DNA of 64,000 bases. Source: Macrostomum lignano. Its lineage: Eukaryota. The notes beneath the pieces are model-generated. The model saw only the letters and a program-made list of their open reading frames with translations. It searched no databases and was not told the origin of the DNA. How positions within the stretch are numbered: the stretch's first letter is position 1; every line of letters starts with the position of its first letter. The position numbers and the translations under genes are program-made. Where the stretch lies: assembly GCA_002269645.1 (NCBI GenBank), contig NIVC01001713.1, positions 124,001-188,000 on the forward strand, given 5' to 3'. Below are positions 24,722 through 46,995 of the stretch, piece by piece.

Positions 24722-27700
24722 AGGAGACAGAGATGAGATGGTGTGAGAAGACAGAGCTGAGATGGTAGGAGAGGAGACAGAGATGAGAGGGGAGAGAGGA
24801 GACAGAGATGAGAGGGTGTGAGGAGACAGAGATGCGGGGGTGAGAGGAGACAGAGATGAGAGGGGAGAGAGGAGACAGAGATGAGAGGATGTGAGGAGAC
24901 AGAGATGCGGGGGTGAGAGGAGACAGAGATGAGAGGGTGTGAGGAGACAGAGATGCGGGGGTGAGAGGAGACAGAGATGAGAGGGTGTGAGGAGACAGAG
25001 ATGCGGGGGTGAGAGGAGACAGAGATGAGAGGGGAGAGAGGAGACAGAGATGAGAGGATGGGAGAGGAGACAGATGAGAGGTGTGAGGAGACAGAGACGA
25101 GAGGGTGGGAGAGGAGACAGAGATGTGAGGGTGTGAGGAGACAGAGATGCGGGGGTGAGAGGAGACAGAGATCAGAGGGTGTGAGGAGACAGAGATTCGG
25201 GGGTGAGAGGAGACAGAGATGAGAGGGGAGAGAGGAGACAGAGATGAGAGGATGGGAGAGGAGACAGAGATGAGAGGATGGGAGAGGAGACAGAGATGCG
25301 GGGGTGAGAGGAGACAGAGATGCGGGGGTGAGAGGAGACAGAGATGCGGGGGTGAGAGGAGACAGAGATGAGAGGGGAGAGAGGAGACAGAGATGAGAGG
25401 ATGGGAGAGGAGACAGAGATGAGAGGATGGGAGAGGAGACAGAGATGCGGGGGTGAGAGGAGACAGAGATTCGGGGGTGAGAGGAGACAGAGATGAGAGG
25501 GGAGAGAGGAGACAGAGATGAGAGGGGAGAGAGGAGACAGAGATGAGAGGATGGGAGAGGAGACAGAGATGAGAGGATGGGAGAGGAGACAGAGATGAGA
25601 GGGTGAGAGGAGACAGAGATGAGAGGATGGGAGGAGACAGAGATGAGAGGGTGTGAGGATGCAGAGATGAGAGGGTGTGAGGATGCAGAGATGAGAGGGT
25701 GTGAGGATGCAGAGATGAGAGGGTGTGAGGAGACAGAGATGAGAGGATGGGAGAGGAGACAGAGATGCGGGGGTGAGAGGAGACAGAGATTCGGGGGTGA
25801 GAGGAGACAGAGATGAGAGGGGAGAGAGGAGACAGAGATGAGAGGATGGGAGAGGAGACAGAGATGAGAGGATGGGAGAGGAGACAGAGATGAGAGGGTG
25901 GGAGAGGAGACAGAGATGCGGGGGTGAGAGGAGACAGAGATTCGGGGGAGAGAGGAGACAGAGATGAGAGGGGAGAGAGGAGACAGAGATGAGAGGATGG
26001 GAGAGGAGACAGAGATGAGAGGATGGGAGAGGAGACAGAGATGAGAGGGTGTGAGGATGCAGAGATGAGAGGGTGTGAGGATGCAGAGATGAGAGGGTGT
26101 GAGGATGCAGAGATGAGAGGGTGTGAGGAGACAGAGATGAGAGGATGGGAGAGGAGACAGAGATGCGGGGGTGAGAGGAGACAGAGATTCGGGGGTGAGA
26201 GGAGATAGAGATGAGAGGGGAGAGAGGAGACAGAGATGAGAGGATGGGAGAGGAGACAGAGATGAGAGGATGGGAGAGGAGACAGAGATGAGAGGGTGGG
26301 AGAGGAAACAGAGATGCGGGGGTGAGAGGAGACAGAGATTCGGGGGAGAGAGGAGACAGAGATGAGAGGGGAGAGAGGAGACAGAGATGAGAGGATGGGA
26401 GAGGAGACAGAGATGAGAGGATGGGAGAGGAGACAGAGATGAGAGGGTGTGAGGAGACAGAGATGTGAGGGTGAGAGGAGACAGAGAAGAGAGGGTGGGA
26501 GGAGACAGAGATGAGAGGGTGAGAGGAGACAGAGATGAGAGGATGGGAGGAGACAGAGATGAGAGGGTGAGAGGAGACAGAGATGAGAGGATGGGAGGAG
26601 ACAAAGATGAGAGGGTGAGAGGAGACAGAGATGAGAGGGTGGGAGGAGACAGAGATGAGAGGATGGGAGGAGACAGAGATGAGAGGGTGTGAGGATGCAG
26701 AGATGAGAGGGTGGGAGAGGAGACAGAGATGAGAGGATGGGAGGAGACAGAGATGAGAGGGTGTGAGGATGCAGAGATGAGAGGGTGTGAGGATGCAGAG
26801 ATGAGAGGGTGTGAGGATGCAGAGATGAGAGGGTGTGAGGAGACAGAGATGAGAGGATGGGAGAGGAGACAGAGATGCGGGGGTGAGAGGAGACAGAGAT
26901 TCGGGGGTGAGAGGAGACAGAGATGAGAGGGGAGAGAGGAGACAGAGATGAGAGGATGGGAGAGGAGACAGAGATGAGAGGATGGGAGAGGAGACAGAGA
27001 TGAGAGGGTGGGAGAGGAGACAGAGATGCGGGGGTGAGAGGAGACAGAGATTCGGGGGAGAGAGGAGACAGAGATGAGAGGGGAGAGAGGAGACAGAGAT
27101 GAGAGGATGGGAGAGGAGACAGAGATGAGAGGATGGGAGAGGAGACAGAGATGAGAGGGTGTGAGGATGCAGAGATGAGAGGGTGTGAGGATGCAGAGAT
27201 GAGAGGGTGTGAGGATGCAGAGATGAGAGGGTGTGAGGAGACAGAGATGAGAGGATGGGAGAGGAGACAGAGATGCGGGGGTGAGAGGAGACAGAGATTC
27301 GGGGGTGAGAGGAGACAGAGATGAGAGGATGGGAGAGGAGACAGAGATGAGAGGATGGGAGAGGAGACAGAGATGAGAGGGTGTGAGGATGCAGAGATGA
27401 GAGGGTGTGAGGATGCAGAGATGAGAGGGTGTGAGGAGACAGAGATGAGAGGATGGGAGAGGAGACAGAGATGCGGGGGTGAGAGGAGACAGAGATTCGG
27501 GGGTGAGAGGAGACAGAGATGAGAGGGGAGAGAGGAGACAGAGATGAGAGGATGGGAGAGGAGACAGAGATGAGAGGATGGGAGGAGACAGAGATGAGAG
27601 GGTGTGAGGATGCAGAGATGAGAGGGTGGGAGAGGAGACAGAGATGAGAGGATGGGAGGAGACAGAGATGAGAGGGTGTGAGGATGCAGAGATGAGAGGG

Positions 27701-28660
27701 TGTGAGGATGCAGAGATGAGAGGGTGTGAGGATGCAGAGATGAGAGGGTGTGAGGAGACAGAGATGAGAGGATGGGAGAGGAGACATAGATGCGGGGGTG
27801 AGAGGAGACAGAGATTCGGGGGAGAGAGGAGACAGAGATGAGAGGGGAGAGAGGAGACAGAGATGAGAGGATGGGAGAGGAGACAGAGATGAGAGGATGG
27901 GAGAGGAGACAGAGATGAGAGGGTGTGAGGATGCAGAGATGAGAGGGTGTGAGGATGCAGAGATGAGAGGGTGTGAGGATGCAGAGATGAGAGGGTGTGA
28001 GGAGACAGAGATGAGAGGATGGGAGAGGAGACAGAGATGCGGGGTGAGAGGAGACAGAGATTCGGGGTGAGAGGAGACAGAGATGAGAGGGGAGAGAGGA
28101 GACAGAGATGAGAGGATGGGAGAGGAGACAGAGATGAGAGGATGGGAGAGGAGACAGAGATGAGAGGGTGGGAGAGGAGACAGAGATGCGGGGGTGAGAG
28201 GAGACAGAGATTCGGGGAGAGAGGAGACAGAGATGAGAGGGAGAGAGGAGACAGAGATGAGAGGATGGGAGAGGAGACAGAGATGAGAGGATGGGAGAGG
28301 AGACAGAGATGAGAGGGTGTGAGGAGACAGAGATGTGAGGGTGAGAGGAGACAGAGAAGAGAGGGTGGGAGGAGACAGAGATGAGAGGGTGAGAGGAGAC
28401 AGAGATGAGAGGGTGGGAGGAGACAGAGATGAGAGGGTGAGAGGAGACAGAGATGAGAGGATGGGAGGAGACAGAGATGAGAGGGTGAGAGGAGACAGAG
28501 ATGAGAGGGTGGGAGGAGACAGAGATGAGAGGATGGGAGGAGACAGAGATGAGAGGGTGTGAGGATGCAGAGATGAGAGGGTGGGAGAGGAGACAGAGAT
28601 GAGAGGATGGGAGGAGACAGAGATGAGAGGGTGTGAGGAGACAGAGATGTGAGCGGAGAG
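24722..28660 (+). repeat. GA-rich minisatellite, 26-28-bp variants of GAGGAGACAGAGATGAGAGGATGGGAGA, with higher-order blocks
   Basis: Tandem units; source of the spurious 1390- and 1226-aa ORFs. Confidence 0.95.
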
Positions 28661-29195
28661 AGAAGACAGGTGAGAGGGGGGAGAAGAGACATGTAAGAGG
28701 GGGACAGAGGAGACAGGTGAGAGAGGGAGATATGAGAATGCGTGACTGAGCCGCGGTGAGATACAGAGGCCAAACACGAGAGTCTGAGGTAGATGACGTA
28801 TTCCGCCATCAAATGCGGCCAGCAGAGAATTCTCTGGCACTCCCACAGCCAATCAAAGAGCGGCATCCAGTCTCGCACCGGCAACTTCCCAGGGGACTTT
28901 CATTCTCAATTCCAGTTAAAATTGAAGTCAAACTAGACTTGAAGATTTTCACGCTTCTTCGACTTCCGCCACCCTTCCAGAAGCAGTATCTCAGCTCTCC
29001 ACCTCGGGTTCTCAAGGCAAGTGTCAAAGGATTCATTCATTTGCATACGATTTGCACTGCACACTCGCGTTCTACGGCTTACTATGCGTTTTGTCTGCTC
29101 GGCACGGCGAATTTAGAAAAGGATTGAAAATGTCCCTGGCCTCGTTTAACCTTTGCTTTGATCGGTTATTCAGTTTATCATGCGTTTTTTGTCCA

Positions 29196-29845
<650 letters not shown>

Positions 29846-30124
29846 CGACAGTCGGTTGGGTATTAATATGCCCTTTTCTATGATTTTTCTGTGATTATTG
29901 TTTATCTGTTTACAAAACTGGAACGAAATAATTTCAGAGAATTATGGAGTGATTTTTTAAATGACGCTACAAGTAACACTGGGTGCGGTTTTTGCCAACG
30001 GAATTGATTGATTAACGGCTCTGAGAAAGGCTAGTTGAAATTTGAATATTTAATTTTTTAAAAATTGGAGCAATTTATCGAAGGGATGGAGCGAGAGGAG
30101 GAGAGAGGGGAGCGGCAGGGAATA

Positions 30125-30129
<5 letters not shown>

Positions 30130-30213
<84 letters not shown>

Positions 30214-30470
30214 AGAGAGTGAAGAGAGTGAGAGAGGAAAGAGAGGGGAGAGAGGGGAGAAAGGGAGAGGGGAAAGAGAGGGGAGAAAGGGAGAGGGGGA
30301 GAGAGGGGATATAGGGAGAGGGGAGAGAGAGTGGAGAAAGGGAGAGGGGGAGAGAGGGGAGAAAGGGAGAGGGTGAGAGAGAGGGGAGAAAGGTAGAGAG
30401 GGGGAGATAGAGGGGAGAAAGGGAGAGGGGGAGAGAGGGGAGAAAGGGAGAGGGGGAGAGAGGAGGGCAA
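30130..30470 (+). repeat. (GA)n followed by a polypurine minisatellite
   Basis: Direct. Confidence 0.95.
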
Positions 30471-31229
30471 CGATCCAATCTCATGGACTAATAATAGTGA
30501 AAGAGGGCGATATTTCGAGTTTAGGTTACTCCTTACTAGAGATAAAGAGAGGAAGATAAGGAGAGGCGAGAGAGAGGAGAGAGTGAGAGAGGGGCAGGAC
30601 CTTGCACACTGCTACTAGAAGATGTCCACCAGGCCGACAGTCTGACTGCAGGTTGCCAACTCTGACTGCAGCGAGAACATCTCAGCCCCCGGTTCATTGA
30701 CTGTTAATGGCGGTAATCCGAGCTTCAAGCAGGCATGGCTGGCTGTCCATAGACACAAAATCAATCGATGGTGAATAGCGAGTGTTGCAGACTCTGAGGG
30801 GAAGGGGGCTGAAAGAGCGTCGGTCCCATTGTTTCTATTCACTGGCATTGAAGCGCTGACATGGCCTACTAGATGAAACAGAGCCCTTCTTATGAGTTAA
30901 TCCTACTATCTATCCATCCGCATGCACCCATGCCGCCTGAGTGCTAGGCAAACATTGGACTCTAATAGAGCCGCAGTCTCATTGAGTTCGGCAGCGGGCT
31001 TGTAAGAGTACGATAAATGAGACAAGTAGTTCTTTGGTTTTTCACTGTCTACATCTTTATTCAGATACTAATTAGTGCTTGCGTTACTCAGGATGGGAAA
31101 GATGTTATTGTCGTTAAGTTCCGATGCTGAGGAATCGGCCTTGCGGAATTCGAGTAATAATTAGGCAACAGCTGGGGACACAGAGTCAGGGGATGGCAGC
31201 TCAAACTAAAGGAGGGGATGGCGGCTCAG

Positions 31230-31865
31230 GCTAGTGGTGATAATGGCGGCTCAAGTTGAGTACACTGAGGGAAGGGAAGGCGGCTCAAGCTGAGTACACT
31301 GAGGGAAGGGAAGGCGGCTCAAGCTGAGTACACTGAGGGAAGGGAAGGCGGCTCAAGTTGAGTACACTGAGGGAAGGGAAGGCGGCACAAGCTGAGTACA
31401 CTGAGGGAAGGGAAGGCGGCTCAAGCTGAGTACACTGAGGGAAGGGAAGGCGGCTCAAGTTGAGTACACTGAGGGAAGGGAAGGCGGCACAAGCTGAGTA
31501 CACTGAGGGAAGGGAAGGCGGCTCAAGCTGAGTACACTGAGGGAAGGGAAGGCGGCTCAAGCTGAGTACACTGAGGGAAGGGAAGGCGGCTCAAGCTGAG
31601 TACACTGAGGGAAGGGAAGGCGGCTCAAGCTGAGTACACTGAGGGAAGGGAAGGCGGCTCAAGCTGAGTACACTGAGGGAAGGGAAGGCGGCACAAGCTG
31701 AGTACACTGAGGGAGGGGATGGCGGCACAAGCTGAGTACACTAAGGGAGGGGATGGCGGCTCAAACTGAGTGCACTGAGGGAGGGGATGGCGGCTCAAGC
31801 TGAGTACACTGAGGAGGGGATGGCGGTACAAGCTGAGTACACTGAGGGAGGGACGGCGGCTCAAG
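31230..31865 (+). repeat. 34-bp minisatellite GGCGGCTCAAGCTGAGTACACTGAGGGAAGGGAA, just upstream of the neuropeptide gene
   Basis: Direct. Confidence 0.95.
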
Positions 31866-31910
31866 CTTTAAAATACCCCCCCCCCTGTCCACCCGCGCCA
31901 GACACAAGAA

Positions 31911-33939
<2,029 letters not shown>

Positions 33940-34546
33940 TGCGCACTGGGCCTGGGACCTCTGCCACGTGACGCTCGATGCCAAGAGCAGTTTCAATAAG
34001 ATAATGATGTTTACGAAGCAAACAATTAAAGCTGCAGCTGGTATCAAAGTAGTACATTTTAAATACGCTCGTACTGCAACACTACCTTGTAAGAGATCTA
34101 GGAGGACATTAACATCTAAAGTAGACTCTCACATGAGCAGTGAATCTAAATAGAATACGACCGTATGCCAGCAGAAAAGTGCAAGCAAATCTGCTTACAA
34201 GTTGCACGCTGAAAATCAATTCCAACTTGATGTTATTATCCTGCCTAATTCCTTTCCTGAATATATACATACTACATAATCAAAATCGGGCTTATCAATA
34301 AACTAATTCTTGTACATAAATTTTAAGTGATTCGTCTAAGTCAGAAAATCTGTTAGATAGGACATTCTGTATTAATGAGCCTGGTTTACGTCACATCAGT
34401 CTGTTTATTTTACCACCAGTAAAGTTCGAACCTGAAAATAAGGAGGAATATTATATGCAAACATGCTATTGTATAAATACATGTATTTGGCGTGAAATAC
34501 GGTGGTATATTATGTAGAAACGGTAGAAACGGTGGTGAAAACTAAC

Positions 34547-40733
<6,187 letters not shown>

Positions 40734-40904
40734 GGCTGCGGCTGGGACAAATTTTTATTTAAGTTAAACTGAATTCAATTTTCAGCTTTGTATTTCTGCT
40801 TGCTAAACTTACTTTTTTAATATGGCAGGAGATTCTTCTCAATGACAGTATGGTCTCTGTCTGCTTATAAATTTGACTTTTCCTGAACCAACGGTTTCCC
40901 TTGG

Positions 40905-41690
40905 ATACGGGATTTCCCTTGAATACGGGATTTCCCTTGGCGATGGGATTTCCCTTGGCGATGGGATTTCCCTAAGAGGACTGGATATCCTTTAGCGACG
41001 GGATTTCCCTTAGCGAAGGGAGTTCCCTAAGAGGACTGGATATCCTTTAGCGACGGGATTTCCCTTAGCGAAGGGAGTTCCCTAAGAGGACTGGATTTCC
41101 CTTAGCGACGGGATTTCCCTAAGAGGACTGGATATCCTTTAGCGACGGGATTTCCCTAAGAGGACTGGATTTCCGTTAGCGACGGGATTTCCCTTAGCGA
41201 AGGGAGTTCCCTAAGAGGACTGGATATCCTTTAGCGACGGGATTTCCCTAAGAGGACTGGATTTACCTTAGCGACGGGATTTCCCTTAGCGAAGGGATTT
41301 CCCTAAGAGGACTAGATTTCCCTTAGCAAAGGGATTTCCCTTAGCGAAGGGATTTCCCTAAGAGGACTAGATTTCCCTTAGCGAAGGGATTTCCCTAAGA
41401 GGACTAGATTTCCCTTAGCTACGGGATTCCCCTAAGAGGACTAGATTTCCCTTAGCTACGGGATTTCCCTAAGAGGACTAGATTTCCCTTAGCAAAGGGA
41501 TTTCCCTTAGCGAAGGGATTTCCCTAAGAGGACTAGATTTCCCTTAGCGAAGGGAGTTCCCTAAGAGGACTGGATTTCCCTTAGCGACGGGATTTCCCTA
41601 AGAGGACTGGATATCCTTTAGCGACGGGATTTCCCTAAGAGGACTAGATTTCCCTTAGCTACGGGATTTCCCTAAGAGGACTGGATTCCC
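40905..41690 (+). repeat. Minisatellite built from GGGATTTCCCTTAGCGA and CCCTAAGAGGACTGGATTT modules
   Basis: Direct. Confidence 0.9.
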
Positions 41691-42779
41691 CTTTGTAGGG
41701 CATACACTGCACTCTCGACTAAACTTTTTATTTTTCTTACCTAGTTTCGACCAATCATGCATCACTTCCCCCACCCCCGATATTGACTAACAAATTTTTG
41801 AGCAGACAATGCCATACAGAGACCACCTTTTTCGGCACTCTAACGTTCCATAAAAATATGTTTAAATCCAGGCAAACAGACTATCTAGATGCTAGCTGAA
41901 TGAGTAGCTGTAGTTGAACACAGGTCAGTCAGTCAAGAGACGACAATCTGTTTCAATAGTGTCTTGGTATCCAATTCCTGCGATTTTTATGGTCTATCTA
42001 CTTTCTCTTGTATTTACGCAGACTCAGCTTGGAAGACAAAATATTTGATCTATTGTTAACAAAAAACATTAGCTCAGGTAGATTTCCTCTCAGAAAAGCA
42101 CTGCGATTAATTATCGGAAAAATCTTTTTCTTTAACAAGTTTCTCGCGATATTAATATTAATTTTTCTTCGTTGTTGCGTATCAGCCTACTGCCGTGAGT
42201 AGAAATGTTCAGAAAAAGTCGTCCCTTTTTGGTTTCTTCTCCCGGAATATTAATCGAATTTACTTTTCGCGTTTTTATTTCTTTATTTCTTATGATTTGT
42301 TAATTTTTGAACATTTTTAAAAAAGAGAAGGTTGATTTTCAACAATCACAGCTCAGTTGTATTAAAACGCTGCTTGTTGTGCCCTAGTTTGAGTGACTGC
42401 ACAACCGCCTTCAAATTTGCATTAATTAACTTTCTAATTGACTGACTACTCAAACAGAATATGGATCTGCAGCCACTGTTATCTATTTGTCTCTAATTAC
42501 TATTTATTGTCTTCTGTGTTCTGCGATTATATATCTATATACTTGTATGATCTATCCATGAATATTTATGACAATGACTATCATTTCCTAACTTGATGCA
42601 TATAAATTCTTTTTTGATGTGAAAAATACTAAATAATATTTTTAATACACTGCTATAGAATTTTGCCTGCGCTGGGCCGCCGGTCAGGTGAAATATTATT
42701 GAAATTTCCTAAAAATAAAATGAATTTTTCAGTACAGCTGTGTTCTATGAACTGATGAGAACTCGGAGAGGTCCCTTGC

Positions 42780-43420
42780 AGTTGCCACCTTCCCCCACCT
42801 CCAGTGGCTGCCACCCTCCCCACCTCCAGTGGCTGCCACCCTCCCCACCTCCAGTGGCTGCCACCCTCCCCACCTCCAGTGGCTGCCACCCTCCCCACCT
42901 CCAGTGGCTGCCACCCTCCCACCTCCAGTGGCTGCCACCCTCCCCACCTTCAGTGGCTGCCACCCTCCCCACCTCCAGTGGCTGCCACCCTCCCCACCTC
43001 CAGTGGCTGCCACCCTCCCCACCTCCAGTGGCTGCCACCCTCCCCACCTTCAGTGGCTGCCACCCTCCCCACCTTCAGTGGCTGCCACCCTCCCCACCTT
43101 CAGTGGCTGCCACCCTCCCCACCTTCAGTGGCTGCCACCCTCCCACCTTCAGTGGCTGCCACCCTCCCCACCTTCAGTGGCTGCCACCCTCCCCACCTCC
43201 AGTGGCTGCCACCCTCCCCACCTTCAGTGGCTGCCACCCTCCCCACCTTCAGTGGCTGCCGCCCGATCCCCACCTTCAGTGGCTGCCACCCTCCCCACCT
43301 TCAGTGGCTGCCACCCTCCTCACCTTCAGTGGCTGCCACCCTCCCCACCTCCAGTGGCTGCCACCCTCCCCACCTTCAGTGGCTGCCACTCTCCCCACCT
43401 CCAGTGGCTGGCACCCTCCT
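42780..43420 (+). repeat. 22-bp minisatellite CCCCACCTCCAGTGGCTGCCACCCT-type
   Basis: Direct. Confidence 0.95.
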
Positions 43421-44020
43421 TACCATTTAAAACTAAATCTTAAATTATAATCTTAGAATCTCATAGATCATAAATCTTATTACAGACATATCTTTAAGTC
43501 TAACTTGGGATCTGTTGCATTTAGACAGACATTTTCACTAATTTGTTTACAATTTTGTTTAGTATACTTATAAAGCACAAATTAGCTCTACTCCTAATAT
43601 CAGGAGTCTTTGAAGTTACCAGTATATAATTTTAAGGATCGCATTAATAATGAGCCAAACTATGCCAAAAACTGATCAGTGCTTTAATTCGCACTTTATC
43701 GAATAAACAAACTTTTAGGATACCAACTTATTAACAAAATTTTGTTGTCTAAAATGAATAGCTTGCACCATTATAAGCTCCAATTTATCACTTTTGAGTT
43801 GCATTGCAGAAATAAAATAATTTCAACCTAACGAAGCATTGCTGAGTGCTTAAACTTAATTATGCTTGCTGTTTATATTTGGTAAAACTGATCAGCAAAG
43901 AGAGCTGTGTAAATTTTACCCTCAACACTAAACAACAATGTGGTCAAGAGTCAGAGTTCAGAATCCGGTCAGTCATTGTCTATGAAGCGACATCGATCTC
44001 AGATGCAGCGGAGAGCTCAT

Positions 44021-44209
44021 CTAACCGAAATGAATATGGATGAACTTCTTCTTCAGCTTCGGGCTCTGCTCCTGCGACAGGCTGGATTCGTCCAGGTTGG
44101 ACAGAGTCTCCTCCAGCACACGTTCGGCGTGGGCCTTCTCCTCCTGGGTGGGCATGGCGACGGCCATGGCTGCGAACAGCAAAAGTCCGAGAGCGAGTTG
44201 CCACTTCAT
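44021..44209 (-). CDS. 62-aa secreted amidated-peptide precursor (predicted FIHIHF-amide)
   Basis: MKWQLALGLLLFAAMAVA signal peptide, acidic spacer, KKK basic site, then FIHIHF-G immediately before the stop (amide-donor Gly). Confidence 0.7.
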   Translation of the reverse strand: MKWQLALGLLLFAAMAVAMPTQEEKAHAERVLEETLSNLDESSLSQEQSPKLKKKFIHIHFG

Positions 44210-45129
44210 GATTGCTTGAGTCGAGTCGAGTCTTCGAGCTGTGTAGATTGAGTCGAATGTGAGATTGTTGTGTTGAGCAGTCGGCAGTTCCGAATTTATG
44301 CACATCAGATTGGCACGTGTTTCCGGTCCTAGGAGAAACGTTTGATTTGTCTGCATTCACGAGAGCAGAGTCTGAGTGACATCTCTTTATTTAATGACAG
44401 CTGTCAGTCAACTAGTTACATCAAAAGAGCATTTTCAGTGTAATTGCATTCAGCTCACTGCAGTGTAGTTGACCTTAGTTATTTTCGAAGTTACATTTGA
44501 TGAAGCCTCTAATGATGAAGCCGTTGGTACTCTCGCAATGACGCTTCTCAATTCAATACCCAATTGTCTATGGCTAAAGTTGAGGCTCCTCCCCACACCC
44601 AGTCTTTTCACGTCCAGTAAGATAAGTTGAAATGGATTCTGAGAGTTATTAATTCCATAGAAGATGAAGCACGCTTTTCCGGGAACTATTTTTAGTGCTC
44701 ATAAAGAGCGTGATGCAACTCTCGTGGATTTGCAGGGCACGGTCAGGGCCATAGACAAAAAGAACAAAAATTAAAGCCGCAACGAGATTTAGCATTTGAA
44801 ATTGCGGGCACTATGAGAGTTTCATCATGCTCCATCGCACGATAAAATTGGTTTAAAGTATGTGCAAAGCAAAGAGTACCAAGCTAACAATTAGCACTGT
44901 ACTCTGAGTATGTTTGGCAAATATTGTCCATGGCAAATATAGTAAAGAAACTTGGCAAAAAGACGCTGTTAGAAATTAAAACAAAACGCAACGCGCATGC
45001 CAGAGCAGAAGGAAAATTTGTTTCGTGTAACCAGTTGGCGCTAAAAATCCGAAATAGAATCGTCGGGTACGAACGAGAGCTACCCGGAATCCAAAGCTTG
45101 AGGGGCTTCCTCATTGAGTCATGATGGCC

Positions 45130-45355
45130 AGGAGCCAGGAGTGACAGCCAGGAGCGACAGCCAGGAGGGACAACCAGGAGTGACAGAAGGAGTGACAGCC
45201 GGGAGTGACAGCCGGGAGTGACAGCCAGGAGTGACAGCCAGGAGTGACAGCCAGGAGTGACAGCCAGGAGTGACAACCAGGAGTGACAGAAGGAGTGACA
45301 GCCAGTAGTGACAGCCAGGAGTGACAGCCGGGAGTGACAGCCAGGAGTGATAGCG
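45130..45355 (+). repeat. 13-bp minisatellite GTGACAGCCAGGA
   Basis: Direct. Confidence 0.9.
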
Positions 45356-45884
45356 GGCTTGATAGAGACCATGGTAGTGATAGCAGTGACAGTGTTGCTG
45401 GAGTGACAGATAAACTGTAAGATTCCGAATAGTTTTAGCGCAAGATCGAGTAAAGCATGAAGTGCAGCATTGCGACGCGGTGACTTGTGGCAGACACAAG
45501 CTACAAGCTATAGGGTTTTGCAAGAACAACAGCCATTAAAATCTAGCTAATTCACAATAGATAGTATTTAAAGTAGCGAACACGCATCTATTGAGTTAGT
45601 AATGACGTTTTAAAGCTGCGAAGCGATGCAGTCTCAGATTCTGGGCAGGAAGAAATGCACGAACATAGAGTGAACTATAAGGACAGTCGACAGGGTGAGC
45701 CAGGTGTGTACGCGGCCTGTTTTTTACCTGCCAACTCTGGATCGGCACCTCCTGGCCTGCTGAGTAGCCGCTGCTGACCGCCTGACTGGCATGGACTCCG
45801 TTGTCCTTGGACTTTGGGATAATGAGGATTGAGACGGATAAGGTCAGGATGGGCCATGCATCAGTGGGGAATGTGCTAAGAGAC

Positions 45885-46140
45885 TGGGAAGGGAGAGAGG
45901 GAGACTGAGAGGGGAGAGAGGGAGACTGAGAGGGGAGAGAGGGAGACTGAGAAGGGAGAGATGGAGACTGAGAGGGGAAAGAGGGAGACTGGGAAGGGAG
46001 AGAGGGAGACTGAGAAGGGAGAGATCGAGACTGGGAGGGGAGAGAGGGAGATTGGGAAGGGAGAGAGGGAGACTGGGAGGGGAGAGCTGAGGGAGACTGG
46101 GAAGGGAGAGAGGGAGACTGGGAGGGGAGAGCTGAGGGAG
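45885..46140 (+). repeat. 21-bp polypurine minisatellite GGGAGAGAGGGAGACTGAGAG-type
   Basis: Direct. Confidence 0.9.
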
Positions 46141-46995
46141 AGGAAGCACTCAGGTTGGGGGTTCCGAGAAGTTAGAACAGTCAGTAAAACAAATTTTGCT
46201 AGTAAAATAACAGCTCAAAATCGCAATTAGACCAACCAGCACAATGATTAAAAAGTCCCAGTCACCAATAAAGTTTTCTTTTAAAATCCGATTTTATTTA
46301 TAGCCTCTACTACTGCAAGTAGTTAGCGCGAATTTTTCAATTACGCAAGTGAAGAATTTCAATTAGAAAATGTAAAAATAAGTCAGCTGCCTCCCCGCGA
46401 AAAGTGAAAAAATATTTTTAGTTTAATAAATTTGCTGTACCTTTCAAAAGCTGATGCTGGATGATGGTGGAACGGTTCCTGCTAAAAATAGTGAAGTTGT
46501 AATGGCATGGAGACCAGCAGTCCAACAGGGAATTACTTATTCTAAGTGAAGAGCTACAGTACCTCATGCATTGAGAACTTTGCTAATACATTAAAAATCA
46601 TGCAGCTTGTATAATCAAATAGCAAACAGTGCTTCATACCCTCAGGGACTACTTATTGTCGTTTATATCTTACCTGAACAAGGACTAAATTATGTACATG
46701 CTATGAAGAAAATTACACTTCGGCGAGTTTCTGGAGCCGGGCAACATAAAATTGAATATTCAGCCTCCAATAAAATTCGCACGTCTTGAGCGTGTCGCGT
46801 CCTGCTACTTAAGTAGTCCGTGTGACTGCCACCCTCCCTGCACGTCAGAGACTACTATACGCGTGAAACTCTTGGTCAATGGTACTTCAAGTAGTGCACC
46901 ACATATAAAAGAAAAAAGCTATCACAATCGAATTGTAAAATTTGGTAGAATCGATATAATAACGTGTTTATTGCGGCCCATCAGACTGGATTGCA

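Noticed and set aside
24712-28884. 1390-aa and 1226-aa ORFs
   Set aside because: They are stop-free readings of a GA-rich minisatellite; no domain content.
28809-29036. Short minus-strand ORF between satellites (also 30615-30848)
   Set aside because: No recognisable motif or convincing splice sites.
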